Part shown: positions 10,708 to 22,264 of the stretch, one piece after another
Layout of the letters: every line of letters starts with the position of its first letter
Position numbering within the stretch: the first letter of the stretch is position 1
NCBI GenBank assembly: GCA_040285825.1
Contig: JAUPSS010000006.1
Coordinates: 620,001-684,000, forward strand
Reading direction: 5' to 3'
DNA: 64,000 nucleotides
Origin: Eukaryota sp. TZLM1-RC
Taxonomy: Eukaryota; Protista; Metamonada: BaSk clade
Translations under genes and position numbers: made by a program
Notes under the pieces: model-generated
The model's database searches: none
Told to the model about the DNA's origin: nothing
Seen by the model: only the letters and a program-made list of their open reading frames with translations

Positions 10708-12016
10708 CAAAGACATAATTCACTTTATTGTATCTTAAAGGGTTTTATCTTGAAAGTGGAACGTTTGGTTCTTGGAAATTTCAACAAAGAAGACTTCATA
10801 TTGACATGCCCTTCGTAGGATTAGACATTTGGACCTATTATTTATTACATATATGTCTATTATGGAGTGGACAACGACTACCCTGGGCTTACAGTTAGCT
10901 CTCAAAAATGTTTCAACAATTTCCCTACATAAGATCCTTGAAGTAGGATCTGTAACAACTGAACATGTAAGTTCTACTCGCTGACATACACTGGTACGCC
11001 TTATGATTGTGCTTACCTCCTACATTCACTTACCTTCAACCTTGTACTGTCTGTGTCGCACGGATGGTTGTCTGCCTGAAGTTCAGTTAAGTCCATATAA
11101 AAGGTTTTTCTAAAGAGGGATTTGGTGCTTTCTATCTAAATTTATGTGAACGAGATGGCAGTTCGCGGTTGCACGCAATCGAACCTAAGAAGTGCAAGGT
11201 TGAAAACTATAAAATCGGCAGACACTGCTTTAAATAGTTCTCGTTAGTTGTAGCTGCAATTTTAGTTGAAATAGTCGGTAATGCACACATGTTGAACTTG
11301 CAATTTTTCATCAGTAGTTGTTTTGTTATTAAAAGTCTCATTTTTGTGTGAAGACAGTTGCTCCTATTTTATCCAAATCAATGTGTTACTTTAGAAATTG
11401 ATTGTTTTACAGTAGTTGAATTCGATACGTTACTACAATTTAATAAAACCAAGGTTCGGAATTTTTCCCACATGGTGGTAAAATTGAACCACGTGGTGGT
11501 GTCCGATCACTCAATAAAACTGATTCATAAACGAGTATCACATCATCAAGCGAAAAACAAAGAAACCCACTAAATCAATTTATGGCCAAAACTTTTTTTC
11601 AACAGCATCAGCATTTGAATTCAGACGTGACAACAGACGTCACAACTTTCAAGATTCAAATTGTGAACTGACTTTTAAACAGAATGGAAAACATAATCCA
11701 CACTATGTGTCACACAGTAGCTACTGGCTGAAATGATGATTGCCCAATTAATTATGACCAATTAATTAATTGTGACCACTGATGAACCATAATTTTGCTA
11801 TCATCACCAAAATTTGTCAATAAAAATTTACAATAAATGATTGTTTTTTCTTGAGTATTTATATATACTGAACTAGCACACTTATCAAAAAACACTCATT
11901 TTTTAACTGTTTTCAAAATTTTTTTGGAAACTTAGTAATTGGAATATACGGAATGTTTGAAATATTTATGCACAAGATCAATAAAAACATTGCTAAAAAC
12001 AGAAGTCTTTTATCAC

Positions 12017-13936
12017 TCACAAATTCTCCAGAATTTCAAGAATCTGATCAATATTTGGTCTCTCAGAAATTTCATTACTCATACATCGATTGATTAAATT
12101 CACAAGTACTGGTGGAACATTTTCTGAAAATTTCAAACTTTTTCCTTGGTATTTTGCTCCTAAAAGAGTGAATTGATTAAACCCCTTGAATGCAACTTCA
12201 TTTGTTAGTAATTCATATAATAAAACCCCAATAGAATAAATGTCACTTGCTTTTACAGGTTCTTCATTTAAAACCTCCAAAGCTGCATATTTGGCAGTAT
12301 AAGCGTTAGCACTTGGTAGAGTGGAATTTGAAGCGATAACCCTGGATGTACCGAAATCAGCAAGTCTAATTTGGCCATTTACTATTAAGACATTATCAGG
12401 TTTAATATCACCATGAATGATGCACCTTGACTGAAGAAATTTCAATGTGCAGCAAATGTTTTTGGCAATGGTTAAGCTATTTTGACTCAATGAAGAGGGA
12501 ATTTGAAGTTTACCATCAGCTTTTTCCATGACAATTCCAATTTGATTATTTATGTAAGTGATTCCAAATACTCTTAATACACAGGGATAATTAAGTTTAG
12601 TTAGAAATCCAATTTCTTTTTTCAATTTTGCTTTTCCTTCATTGACAATGTCTACTATTTTGACAGCAACTTCAAGGGAAAACCACCTTGCCGCATATAC
12701 TGTAGCAAAACCTCCTTGACCAAGTTTTTGGTTGTAGTTGATGGCAAGGTTTGAAGATTCTATGACAGGACATTGTGGTAATGTGTTCTCTGGGTTATTG
12801 GCAGTTGAAGTGTTGGTTAATTCAGCACTGGAAATTCTTAATTGGTCATTTTCTTGAGTCTTTTCTTCCAATTGTTGCTTCAAGTTTAATATTTGGTTTT
12901 GAGAATTGATTAACTCCTGTAGACAAGAATCAAAACTTGCTTTCAAATGTTGCAATTCATCTTTCAATAACTTGTTTTCCGTACAAAGTATTTCAAATTC
13001 AGCAGTTTTAGCTTTTTCCTCTTCTAATTGTTGTTTTGTGGATCTTAATGCTCTTTCTAGACGGGAGACTTTGCTCTGAAAATCCTCTTCTCGGCCATCA
13101 TTGTTTGTTTGGGTTTCGGGTGAATAGGAAACAGCGTTGACCCTGTTTCGTCCTCGACTTGGCGGAATTGAACAATGCGCAGAACTGCGGGACAATGGCC
13201 CAAGTTTTTCGTGATGACGAAGGTTGTAATGGTGGGATTGAGTGGAAAGTGAGGGGAATTGCTCACTTACTAATGACTTTGAGGTACCATAAAGACTTTT
13301 CTGGTCAATTGCTTGGGGTTTTATAATGGTAACATTGAGTTGGGAGCCGTCTTGAATACCTAAATCAGTAAGGGAATGTTCATCTTCTTCTGATGAGAGT
13401 GCCTTGAATTCAGGATGGGATAGTGAAAGTCTGACCTTGTCTTTATCAACTGTGTTTTTGGAGGCAATCTGTTCACGTAAAGAACCAAGTGAGGAGGTTG
13501 AGGAGGCTGCTAAGGTTTCATCTTGCAGATAACCTACTTGTCTAAGGCGTAGTCTCAATGGATAAAGATCCACCATCACCTCCAAAGAATCGGGGGCTTT
13601 GGGCACTACTTCCCGACGGATCGGACCATCGGAACCAAAATAGACAGAGATGAGGTCCCATTGGGTTTCATTGACACATAAAACATCATGATCAAGAGTG
13701 AGTCCAGGTTTGAGAGTTTTGCTCGTTATCTTTGGATGTTGAGGAAGCTTGATTGTGCCAAGGGTTGTTAAGTCTGATGTAGGTATCTTGAGTTCATCAT
13801 CGGGTTTTTGGTCAGGATAGAGGTACTTTGAGTGGATGCTGAAGACCCAATACCAGTGCATTGGCACAATATACCAGACCTCCCCAATCTGAGGTTCAGA
13901 GTCCAAAGAAGTAAACTTTGTATATATAGATGTCAT
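12017..13936 (-). CDS. DUSP + ubiquitin-like + coiled coil + TKL-like protein kinase fusion
   Basis: DUSP-like GEVWYIVPMHWY...LKPGL..DHDVLCVNETQWDLISVYFGSDGPIRREV...VDLYPL; UBL SLTDLGIQDGSQL; kinase GQGGFATV, VAVK, HGDIKPDN, DFG. Confidence 0.85.
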   Translation of the reverse strand: MTSIYTKFTSLDSEPQIGEVWYIVPMHWYWVFSIHSKYLYPDQKPDDELKIPTSDLTTLGTIKLPQHPKITSKTLKPGLTLDHDVLCVNETQWDLISVYFGSDGPIRREVVPKAPDSLEVMVDLYPLRLRLRQVGYLQDETLAASSTSSLGSLREQIASKNTVDKDKVRLSLSHPEFKALSSEEDEHSLTDLGIQDGSQLNVTIIKPQAIDQKSLYGTSKSLVSEQFPSLSTQSHHYNLRHHEKLGPLSRSSAHCSIPPSRGRNRVNAVSYSPETQTNNDGREEDFQSKVSRLERALRSTKQQLEEEKAKTAEFEILCTENKLLKDELQHLKASFDSCLQELINSQNQILNLKQQLEEKTQENDQLRISSAELTNTSTANNPENTLPQCPVIESSNLAINYNQKLGQGGFATVYAARWFSLEVAVKIVDIVNEGKAKLKKEIGFLTKLNYPCVLRVFGITYINNQIGIVMEKADGKLQIPSSLSQNSLTIAKNICCTLKFLQSRCIIHGDIKPDNVLIVNGQIRLADFGTSRVIASNSTLPSANAYTAKYAALEVLNEEPVKASDIYSIGVLLYELLTNEVAFKGFNQFTLLGAKYQGKSLKFSENVPPVLVNLINRCMSNEISERPNIDQILEILENL

Positions 13937-14039
13937 GCAAGATGTAATCTATTTGGAGATATGTTGTTCAGTGAGACAGAATTTTTGAAGTTAAAATGAA
14001 GATAAATCCAAAAGTCTAGGTGCAATCTACCAAATTAAC

Positions 14040-14640
14040 ATTTTTGTCTGAAAAAGCTTCAGCACCGTCTGGTTAAATTACATGAAAGCTTGGATTATGA
14101 AGTTAGACTTGGCTTGGCCAAAACTAAAAATCCCGCTTTCGGTAATTTTTTGAAAGGACATTCATGATACTCTGCTGCTGCTTTAGTAACTCAAATTCCC
14201 TATGTTTATGGACTTTTGATAACAAACAATGAATGGTTTTTAAACATGCGTTTTCGTTGTTTTCTGTGGCCAAACAATTTGCCCAATCATTTGACATGTA
14301 AATGTGGTAAGCCTCCTTTGTTTACTTATCTTTTGAACTGTAAACATTTCATTACATTTAGAAGCAAAGTGCATAATAACGTCAGGGACCAAATTTACGC
14401 AATGTGCAAATCACATCGAGTAGATTCCTTTTTAGAGCCGTTGTTATCAAAATTAATTCTTGATGACCCCAATATTGATAGTACGCGTAACAACAGAGCT
14501 TCTTTGGGTCTGACAAGAGGTGATTTAGTTGTTCCCAGTTTAAATGGTAGTTTTACTATTTTAGACGCCATGTCCATTGACCCTTGTAATACTTCCAACG
14601 AACATTTCATTAAATCGGATGTCAATAATCCTTTTCTTGT
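14040..14640 (+). pseudogene. CRE-like non-LTR retrotransposon 3' fragment (family B; CCHC + RLE endonuclease)
   Basis: CKC..LLNCKHFITFRSKVHNNVRD...RGDLVVP....ILD; similar to 22265-23235. Confidence 0.8.
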
Positions 14641-15607
14641 TATTCATATTCAAGTATCACTCCTGAGGAATCCATTGCTATCTGCAAAAACATTAATTTA
14701 ATCTGAGAAAAGCCCTTTTCCTGAACACTCAAAATTTCTTAGCCCAAAAAATTGGACTTTTCGGTATAATCACACATTTTAACAAAAAAACTGAATCACG
14801 AATCTCAGTTTCTGTACAGATTCCCTTCAATCTGATCCTTTGAGTTCTTCCCATTCAAAAACATCTGGAGTCCAGATGTATCATTGAGTTCACTCTTCTT
14901 GTAACCATCTATTCCTCCTTCCCCCTTCCTTCTATTCAGACATTTTTTCTTTGTACTTATCTTTGCACTATCCACATATGGTAGTCTTTGTCCTAGTGCC
15001 ATGATGAACACTGAAGAGGATCTCCCCATGTCTTCTACGCACAACCTGTAAGTGTTGTTATACCACATAGAGAGATTATCTTCCTTCTTCTCTTCTCTGT
15101 TATATTCACATTTGTGGACCTTTCAATCTTACTAAATGAAGGTGCTTCAAGTGGGCTAAGGAATTTGGTTAGTAACTTCTATATCAGCCTCCTTTCCAAT
15201 ACCATCATGTCTTATACCGATCCAAACCCAATCCATTGTACTTTTTCATCCTCGCTGCTCCCCAATTAGAATTTGGTTAAATTCGTGTTAGGTTTCTGCT
15301 TCATTGTTTTTGTGTGTGTAAGTTTTGTTATATGCGAAATAAAATACTTGATTGCTTGTTTTAATTTGGACGGGCTCACAAGAATATTTATTGTTTTAAA
15401 TTAAGTCTATTCGGGCCAAAGACTAGATTTGGTACTTATGTCTAGTATTGCAACAGAGTCCAGGGTGCGAGGTGAACGTGCATAACCCGTACAGTTCCGT
15501 AGTCCGTTGTAAGACTAGACACAATTAAATATTGAATTTTATAACAAAACTAATACTACAAAGACACAAATATTCTAATAAATTGTTAAACGATCAATAA
15601 TCCATAA

Positions 15608-18163
15608 TTATTCCATTAATTGAGCCAGAACTGCTTTGACTTTTCTTAACTTTTCAGACTCATTACTTTTAGCATTAACTCTTCTCTCAAACTCACTTGT
15701 CAACTTTTTTAAATTAGCCTGTTGTTTTGAAAGCTCAGAGTTATATAGTCGTTGGAATTCCAGCGACTTTTTATCGAGCTTACCAATCTCTCGGACAGCA
15801 TATTCTTCAATCTTATCCTGTCTTTCGGCAACAGTTTTTAACTGGGTTTGAGTTTTTGAAAGAATCTTTGCAATCTCTTCCTTATTGACCTCACGACTTT
15901 CCTCGACAATGCTAGAAATACCCTTGAATTCCTTTTTCAAACCATCAATTTCTTTTTTAAATTTACTTTTTGTTTCAGTAATATCATTTTGAACAGAATT
16001 AATGAGAGTTTTAAACTCGGAAACTTGCTCTTTCTGCTTTTTTTGTGCTTTTTTCTGCAAAACCGACTGCAACCCGCTAATCAAACTGTCAACATCGTCA
16101 TCACCAGTCATCAATGGGGAAAATTGATTGATTGGTTGATTGGAATATTGATTGGAAAAGGTAGGAGCTTCATATGGGGAAAACTCAACATTTGGAGCTT
16201 CATAATCCTCCTCATTATCATTATCTACTGATTTTGTTATAGTCTTATCAATTATACTGGCTAGACTAACAAAATCATCCTTTGGCGCTGAAACCTTGCT
16301 CTTTCTTGGCCTACCTCTTCGTCCCGTGGATTTTGACTTGGCGTTCACCTTAGCGTTAGGGTTAGGGTTAGCTTTTCTTCCCCTTCTAGTTGGTTTACGC
16401 ACAGGGGATGGTGAGGCAGGTAGAGGTTGCATTACTGAGGGTTGGGGTGTATGTAGAGGTGAATGATCTTCTGCTTCTTCATTACCAATAGTTTTGCTAT
16501 CAAAGTTTTTAATAGAAAAATGCGGAGGGGTGGCTGGAATTGCTGAATCAATTCTATTTGAAATCGACAAACCTCTAACTGGTGTCATTTCCTCATTCCA
16601 TTCACTTCTTTCACTGGGGTTAGGGTTAGGGTTGGTGTTAGGGTTGGTGTTAGGGTTAGGGTTGGTGTTAGGGTTAGGAATCGGCGTCTTTTCTTTTTCA
16701 TTTTCGACTTCTTCTTGTCTTTTTGTCTTGGTTGGAGGTTCATTATTATTTTTACTATTTGGTCTTGTCTGCATCACGGAAGCAACACTTGATTTGGAAA
16801 AACCATTGCTAAAAATAGAATAATTCTGTTGTTTAATAGCAGTGATAAATGGCCCAACCCCATTGCGAAACAAAGTCAAATCATCTGAACTTACAAACTT
16901 TACCACAAACTCAGTACCAGCAGTGACAAAATCATCATAAATGCTGTTATTTTGGCTTACTTTTAAAACCTCATTATCCTTTGAAAGAGCTCTAAAGGTG
17001 GATAAACGAACGATGCATTGACGATAAGATATGTGTAATGATTTGATATTGTCATAGCTAATGGTGAGATTGAGAGGTTGGTCGTGAAACTTTGAGTGGG
17101 TTACGTTGTGAAAGAAGACAGAGTGCGGACCAAAATGAGCAACTTCGACTGAAAGTGAATCTTCTCCAAAGGAAACACAATCAATTTTGATTGAAAAAAC
17201 CTTTCTTTTGTGACCTAGATTGGTATTATAATCATTTATAATCTCCACCAAATCACCTTGACCTTTAACTCCTTCCAATTTTGCTTTCAGTTCCTCATTG
17301 ATCCCACCCTTGACCAAATCATTAGCTGAGAGTGCAGGATTCTTGCCTTTGTTCAACCGAAGTATCAGTTCAAAAAGGAAGGCTTGCTGGAGAAAAGAGT
17401 TTGATTCAGGCAGCATTGAAACAAGCTGAGAAACTTTACCCCATTGGGTTAGTTTGTTCCTGGCAGGTGCGCATGATGTTACGAGAACGCAGATGAGCTC
17501 GAGTAATTTCTGGTTGAGTTGGGATAAAGCGACTTTGAATTGGAAGGAGTCATGATCATCCTTGTTGGCGAGGAGGGCATCGAAGGGGTTGATGGAGAGG
17601 TCCAGAATTGCAGGAAAGAATTTGTTTGATATCGAGATTTTTGTTGACCGATTTATTGATAAAGAGACTAGCAAATCTGTTATCAAAAAAGATACATCAA
17701 TGGCCGGAGAATGGGTAGAGGTGTTCTTGAGCTTGGTAAGTGATATCACAATGGTTTCTTCACAGAATGGGAGTAGGGACTCGTCTTGGAGGAACTGTTC
17801 TACCATAGAGTCGTTCTTTGCACGGTCAATCAGCAGCTTGAAGCAATAGATCAAATCGCGGAATGTTTCTAGCTTTTCTGGTTGTGCAGAGTCTTGGAAG
17901 ATGTGGGAGATGAGAACAGTGCCAGAAGAAGAAAAGGCACTTGAGCAGTTTTCACTGAGAGAAGGAAGTGACATGTCGGGGGCTTTCTCTGGGGAACTGA
18001 GGGCTTCATGAAGATCTGAAAGCCTGACAGGTAGAACAGCATCATCGCTGCGGGCGAGAAGTGCCGCAAACTGTGATAAGCAAGACCCTGGAGCATACTG
18101 ATTCCATTGTATTTGGTGGAAGTTGAAGGGATTTTGTGAGAACAGGCAAAATGCATTTTCCAA
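15608..18163 (-). CDS. Putative SYCP2/Red1/Rec10-like chromosome-axis protein (helical N-domain, beta-rich domain, disordered AT-hook linker, C-terminal coiled coil); start uncertain (TTG 18163 or ATG 17974)
   Basis: Long ORF. Family assignment rests on architecture and weak motifs (LQQAFLFELILRL; VAHFGPHSVFF; RRGRPRK; ~150-aa terminal coiled coil). Confidence 0.55.
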   Translation of the reverse strand: MENAFCLFSQNPFNFHQIQWNQYAPGSCLSQFAALLARSDDAVLPVRLSDLHEALSSPEKAPDMSLPSLSENCSSAFSSSGTVLISHIFQDSAQPEKLETFRDLIYCFKLLIDRAKNDSMVEQFLQDESLLPFCEETIVISLTKLKNTSTHSPAIDVSFLITDLLVSLSINRSTKISISNKFFPAILDLSINPFDALLANKDDHDSFQFKVALSQLNQKLLELICVLVTSCAPARNKLTQWGKVSQLVSMLPESNSFLQQAFLFELILRLNKGKNPALSANDLVKGGINEELKAKLEGVKGQGDLVEIINDYNTNLGHKRKVFSIKIDCVSFGEDSLSVEVAHFGPHSVFFHNVTHSKFHDQPLNLTISYDNIKSLHISYRQCIVRLSTFRALSKDNEVLKVSQNNSIYDDFVTAGTEFVVKFVSSDDLTLFRNGVGPFITAIKQQNYSIFSNGFSKSSVASVMQTRPNSKNNNEPPTKTKRQEEVENEKEKTPIPNPNTNPNPNTNPNTNPNPNPSERSEWNEEMTPVRGLSISNRIDSAIPATPPHFSIKNFDSKTIGNEEAEDHSPLHTPQPSVMQPLPASPSPVRKPTRRGRKANPNPNAKVNAKSKSTGRRGRPRKSKVSAPKDDFVSLASIIDKTITKSVDNDNEEDYEAPNVEFSPYEAPTFSNQYSNQPINQFSPLMTGDDDVDSLISGLQSVLQKKAQKKQKEQVSEFKTLINSVQNDITETKSKFKKEIDGLKKEFKGISSIVEESREVNKEEIAKILSKTQTQLKTVAERQDKIEEYAVREIGKLDKKSLEFQRLYNSELSKQQANLKKLTSEFERRVNAKSNESEKLRKVKAVLAQLME
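16617..16678 (+). repeat. Telomere-like TTAGGG/TTGGTG array inside a CDS (encodes PNPNTNPNP); second short array at 16355-16371
   Basis: Read directly from the sequence. Confidence 0.85.
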
Positions 18164-18185
18164 TCTTGTTCCTTATGCACTTTCT

Positions 18186-18899
18186 ATGGGTGGCTGTAAC
18201 ACCTGTGATAACTTTAGGGACCTGACTGCATGTGACTTTTGTGATATTGTACTGTGTCCTCTCCATGTTACCTCTATTGCTCACGGATCATTTTGTATAT
18301 GCTGTTATAACAAACACATACTCTCTATTCGAGTATCTGATATGTCTCCCCTTTTTCACCGTTTCAGAAATACAAGCAATACTGATTCTCTTTCAAGCAG
18401 GATATCTCAAAACACTGTCAACTTTGATAACAGTACAGCACAATTACTCCGCGGGGAAAGGAAGAAGGTAGACTCCAACACTTGTTCTGGATGTTCCAAG
18501 TCGTTGTCTAGGTTTGCCTTTCTTCAACGACTCACGCCTTGTTTCACCTGTGATGCCGTTGTTTGTGATAATTGTCGCCATCCCGTTCTTCTTTCCCAGT
18601 TTTCAAAGCTGAAACTACCGCAATCAGTTCCCGATGTACAGTATGTTTGCCAACTTTGCCATTATTTGTTCTCCATACGGCTGTCCCTTGCCAGATACTC
18701 TCATTTTGTGGATCTCCATCAATCATTGCTGGATGCTTATGCTGATTCCCTGGATAGTATTGAAAACCTCAATACTTTTAAGAATAAAGTTGTTCACTTT
18801 TTGAGGCAACGGTTTCATGGTTTCTCCAAGGAGATGGTAGTGATTGGAAGGAACGTGAAGCAGTTTTGGATAGAGAAAGTTCGTCAGTTTGATTCATAA
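18186..18899 (+). CDS. Double zinc-finger FYVE-like protein, possibly rabenosyn-5/Vac1-related
   Basis: ATG at 18186; CNTC..CDFC....C..H...CICC, linker SDMSPLFHRFR, then CSGC...CFTCDAVVCDNC...VCQLC; the canonical RRHHCR is absent. Confidence 0.65.
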   Translation: MGGCNTCDNFRDLTACDFCDIVLCPLHVTSIAHGSFCICCYNKHILSIRVSDMSPLFHRFRNTSNTDSLSSRISQNTVNFDNSTAQLLRGERKKVDSNTCSGCSKSLSRFAFLQRLTPCFTCDAVVCDNCRHPVLLSQFSKLKLPQSVPDVQYVCQLCHYLFSIRLSLARYSHFVDLHQSLLDAYADSLDSIENLNTFKNKVVHFLRQRFHGFSKEMVVIGRNVKQFWIEKVRQFDS

Positions 18900-19332
18900 T
18901 TGTTGTATATTGTTTTCTCTTTTGTATATAAAAATTTAACAAACTATATTTGTTGCTCAATAGCAAAGTGTAGAGCTTTCTCTTATTATTGGCCTACAAT
19001 TTTTGTATATCAGGTATAAAATTAGATAAATTAGATAAACTGAGCTTTAACCGTATTGTTTTTTGGTACATGACTTTTCATCCTATTCAACAAATGAACC
19101 TCGAATAACCTTTCCGATCAATCGGGGCTTGGATCGGCCGACATATTTTGACCAAATTAGTTGATTGTTATACGTGGATTTACTAAATATATTTCACACA
19201 AAATGAATAATTTTTTCAAGTGAATAAGTAGCTTTATTAACTATTTTGCTCAAGGAAAAGAGAGGAAGAACGTAAACTATAAACAATACAATTGATAACA
19301 AAAAATGAATACGGAAGGAAAAAAACAATCAT

Positions 19333-21115
19333 TTACAAAACGTCTGCTGGATACTGAATCCACCATGGAAAACAAGATAATTCTACTAAATATTCATTCT
19401 TGATTAGTTCAACAAATTTGACTAAACTAAGATCACTAAGTACAGTTGGCGAAAAAAGAAAACCTGACAGACAGTGTTCATCAGGTCTAGTCAATTGAAT
19501 AAATACCAAAGAAGGAAAGTTATGTTCAGTGAAATTGGTAGGAACTTCTTCATGATTTATCAATTCCTTCAAGTTTGGTAATTGTGTTCCACAAATTGTT
19601 TGCAGACAAATGACTTCCAATCTAACAATGGATTGAGGTAAATGTATTTGCTCTTCTGACGTTTGTTGTGAAAGATGATCAGACATCACCACCAACTCTT
19701 TTAATGATGTAAGATAGCTTAAATCAGTAAACTCAATGCCGCAGTGTTTAACCACTAATTTCACTAGTGAAGTAGGTAATTGTGGTACATTCAATATATT
19801 TTCGTCATCATCAACCTCAAGCTCTAGACACTTGACATTTGGGAAAAATGATAATAACTCTGGATCATAATCAACTCCGTCATAGTAAACATCAAGTTTT
19901 TGAATTCTAGTATTAATTACTTTGGGACAATGATAACCAGTAGATAACCGCAATTGTAATTCACTAATATTTTCATTTAAATTTTAATCTTTAGGATTAT
20001 TTAAACACATCTTGTTTTGAATTGGATGAACATTGAACACTTCTTGAGCAAATTGAGCTACCCTTTTACTAATACCACATTTGGTGTAAAATCTTGCTTT
20101 AACATATGGATGATTACCAAAGTGCTTTTGCAAATAATTCAAATATTCCCAATAAACAAGCTTGACTAGACCACTAATCATTCTATCCACAGGTTGTATT
20201 GGATGACGAAAGCTGCCAAGTATTTCAGACCCAATTACTTTGACAGGTTGTGGTCGATCAATCAAATCACCTGTACCTAATTGACCTTGATAGTTCCTTC
20301 CCCAAGCCCAAACAGTGTTTTTTAGGCAAAAAGTAAGTCATTGCCTACTGCAATACCTTCCATATTAGTTAAAGCTTCAATACATCTTGGTTCATCACTA
20401 TCTTCGTAAAGTTCACTTATGCTACTCAAGTCACCCCAAACAAAAACTTTACCACTATTATCAATGGCAGCATAAGTACCATCATAACCATTAATAAAAA
20501 CAATATTAGTCAACCCTGGAACTTTGGTGGGTTTGTCTTTAAAGGAAACATAATTATTACGCTTGCTGAACCTCCAAACAAAACCATTGACATCAATAAC
20601 AAATAAATAATTAGCATCAAGCAAAAAAAGAACCCTGGGATGGTTCTTTGGTAGATATAAGCTTGGTGACTGGTATCTTGCAAAGTTGCCGAGAAAAGCA
20701 ACATCTAAAGTAGATGAAGAATTGGCCATGTAAATCAACTGAAACAAAAGAGTGACAGTCAACAGAAACAATATTATTTAGTCCTTTAATTAATTCAAAT
20801 GATCCCCAATCTCCTCAATCTCCTTATTTGACAACTTGACCTTCCAGGGTTAAAGCATTAGAACAAAGCACCCAACAATGAACATCCTTAATATTATAAG
20901 GAATGTTTACTTCAGTGATTGGTAGATTGTGACTACTTGATCTATTGATTTGTTAGATCTGTTACCTCCCCAACCATACAACTTACCGTCAGAAGAGAGG
21001 ACAAGGGAGTATTTTTCAATATGTGGATAACCAACATCAGCAGAAATCGCTTGAGTATCATTCAAAGGTAATTTGATTGGTGATTTGATTGATTCAGGTC
21101 CATCATAGAGTACTT
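19333..21115 (-). pseudogene. Frameshifted paralog of the RCC1-LRR gene at 642-3002, 5'-truncated at a non-LTR fragment
   Basis: Shared blocks VLYDGPESIKSPIKLPLND, IDRPQPVKV.GSEILGSFRHP, YLVELSCFPWWIQYPA lie in different frames. Confidence 0.9.
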
Positions 21116-21755
21116 CAAAAAAGCGACAAAACTCCAAAGAAATTGATGGTGATGTAGATCTCAAAATATGAGTAAATTTTCCAGAATAACAGATTTTTAG
21201 GAAAAAGAATTTCAAATGTTTCTCAATATTTAAATTTTCTATTGATTCTAATTCATTTCCAAATTGAGTAAACAGAGTCGAAGGTTGGCTTTTAACTTCA
21301 TCAATATTTCCGAGATAACAACCCAAAAAACGAAAACCAGACTGATCATAATTGATAAAGGGGACATTGACATCATCAATGAAAAAATCAATTGGTTCAT
21401 GGCCAATAATCAAACATTTGGAGATATTCAATGAGAGACCAATATCTTCATAACGCTACAATATCTATTTCTGGGAATTTTTCTTTCAATTCGCACATTA
21501 ATGGATGAATTGCCAGACAAAAGAAAAAAGGAACAAGTGGGTCACCTTGTTTAACACCTGAAGACGAAAGCAGGTCAAAGTTTTCATCGACCAATGTGGA
21601 TGATTTTCCATAACATGAATAGAAAAAAGGCTCAACTTCAGGAAAATGCTTTTGCAGCAAAGGTAAAATGGAACAACGAGATACAAAATTGAAAGCATTC
21701 TTAAAATCTAAATTGAAGATGTAATTAGAATCACTAGAATTAAAAAACCCATCCG
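21116..21755 (-). pseudogene. CRE-like non-LTR RT core fragment
   Basis: LDFKNAFN, SSGVKQGDPL.P.FFCLAIHP, FRFLGCYLG. Confidence 0.85.
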
Positions 21756-22240
21756 ATACTGTGATTGGATTGATAATTCTGAAGCTATTGTTGACTTTGT
21801 CTCATGTAATGTTGCAAATGATACTTCGGTTCACAGAAGAAAACTTGATCCTGTGAGTGCTCTTGATTTTAAAGCAAAAGAAAAACATAGAAAATATGAT
21901 AAAGATATTGAAGAGGCTAATGCTGATAGAAATACACAGCTGGTTTTTATTGCTTTCGCAGTTTCGATAAATGGAAGATTATCAGATGAAGCAGAAACTT
22001 TTTTGAATGACTTCCACAAAATGGTGCAAGAAAAAACAATGAAAAGATTTGATATTTGTTTATGGCGTTCACGGATTTAATTTGCCATTATTTATAGATT
22101 ACCTCGGTTTTTCAATCGAGTTAGAGAAGCTTTACCTAGACAGCAACCAGATCAAGAGTTTGTAGAATAAATCTGGGTCAATGATAGTCGTCCCATTAGT
22201 TATGATTTAATTTAATCAAGTGTGCAAATTCAATAAATAC
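21756..22240 (+). mobile_element. 3' end of RLE non-LTR retrotransposon family A
   Basis: Close match to 62814-63299 including the 3' UTR ending AATAAATAC. Confidence 0.9.
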
Positions 22241-22264
22241 GATATAATAAGTAAAAATTTTAAA

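Noticed and set aside
16617-16678. Chromosome end or CRISPR-like array
   Set aside because: Short hexamer repeats inside an ORF with no spacers; there are no cas genes anywhere in the window.
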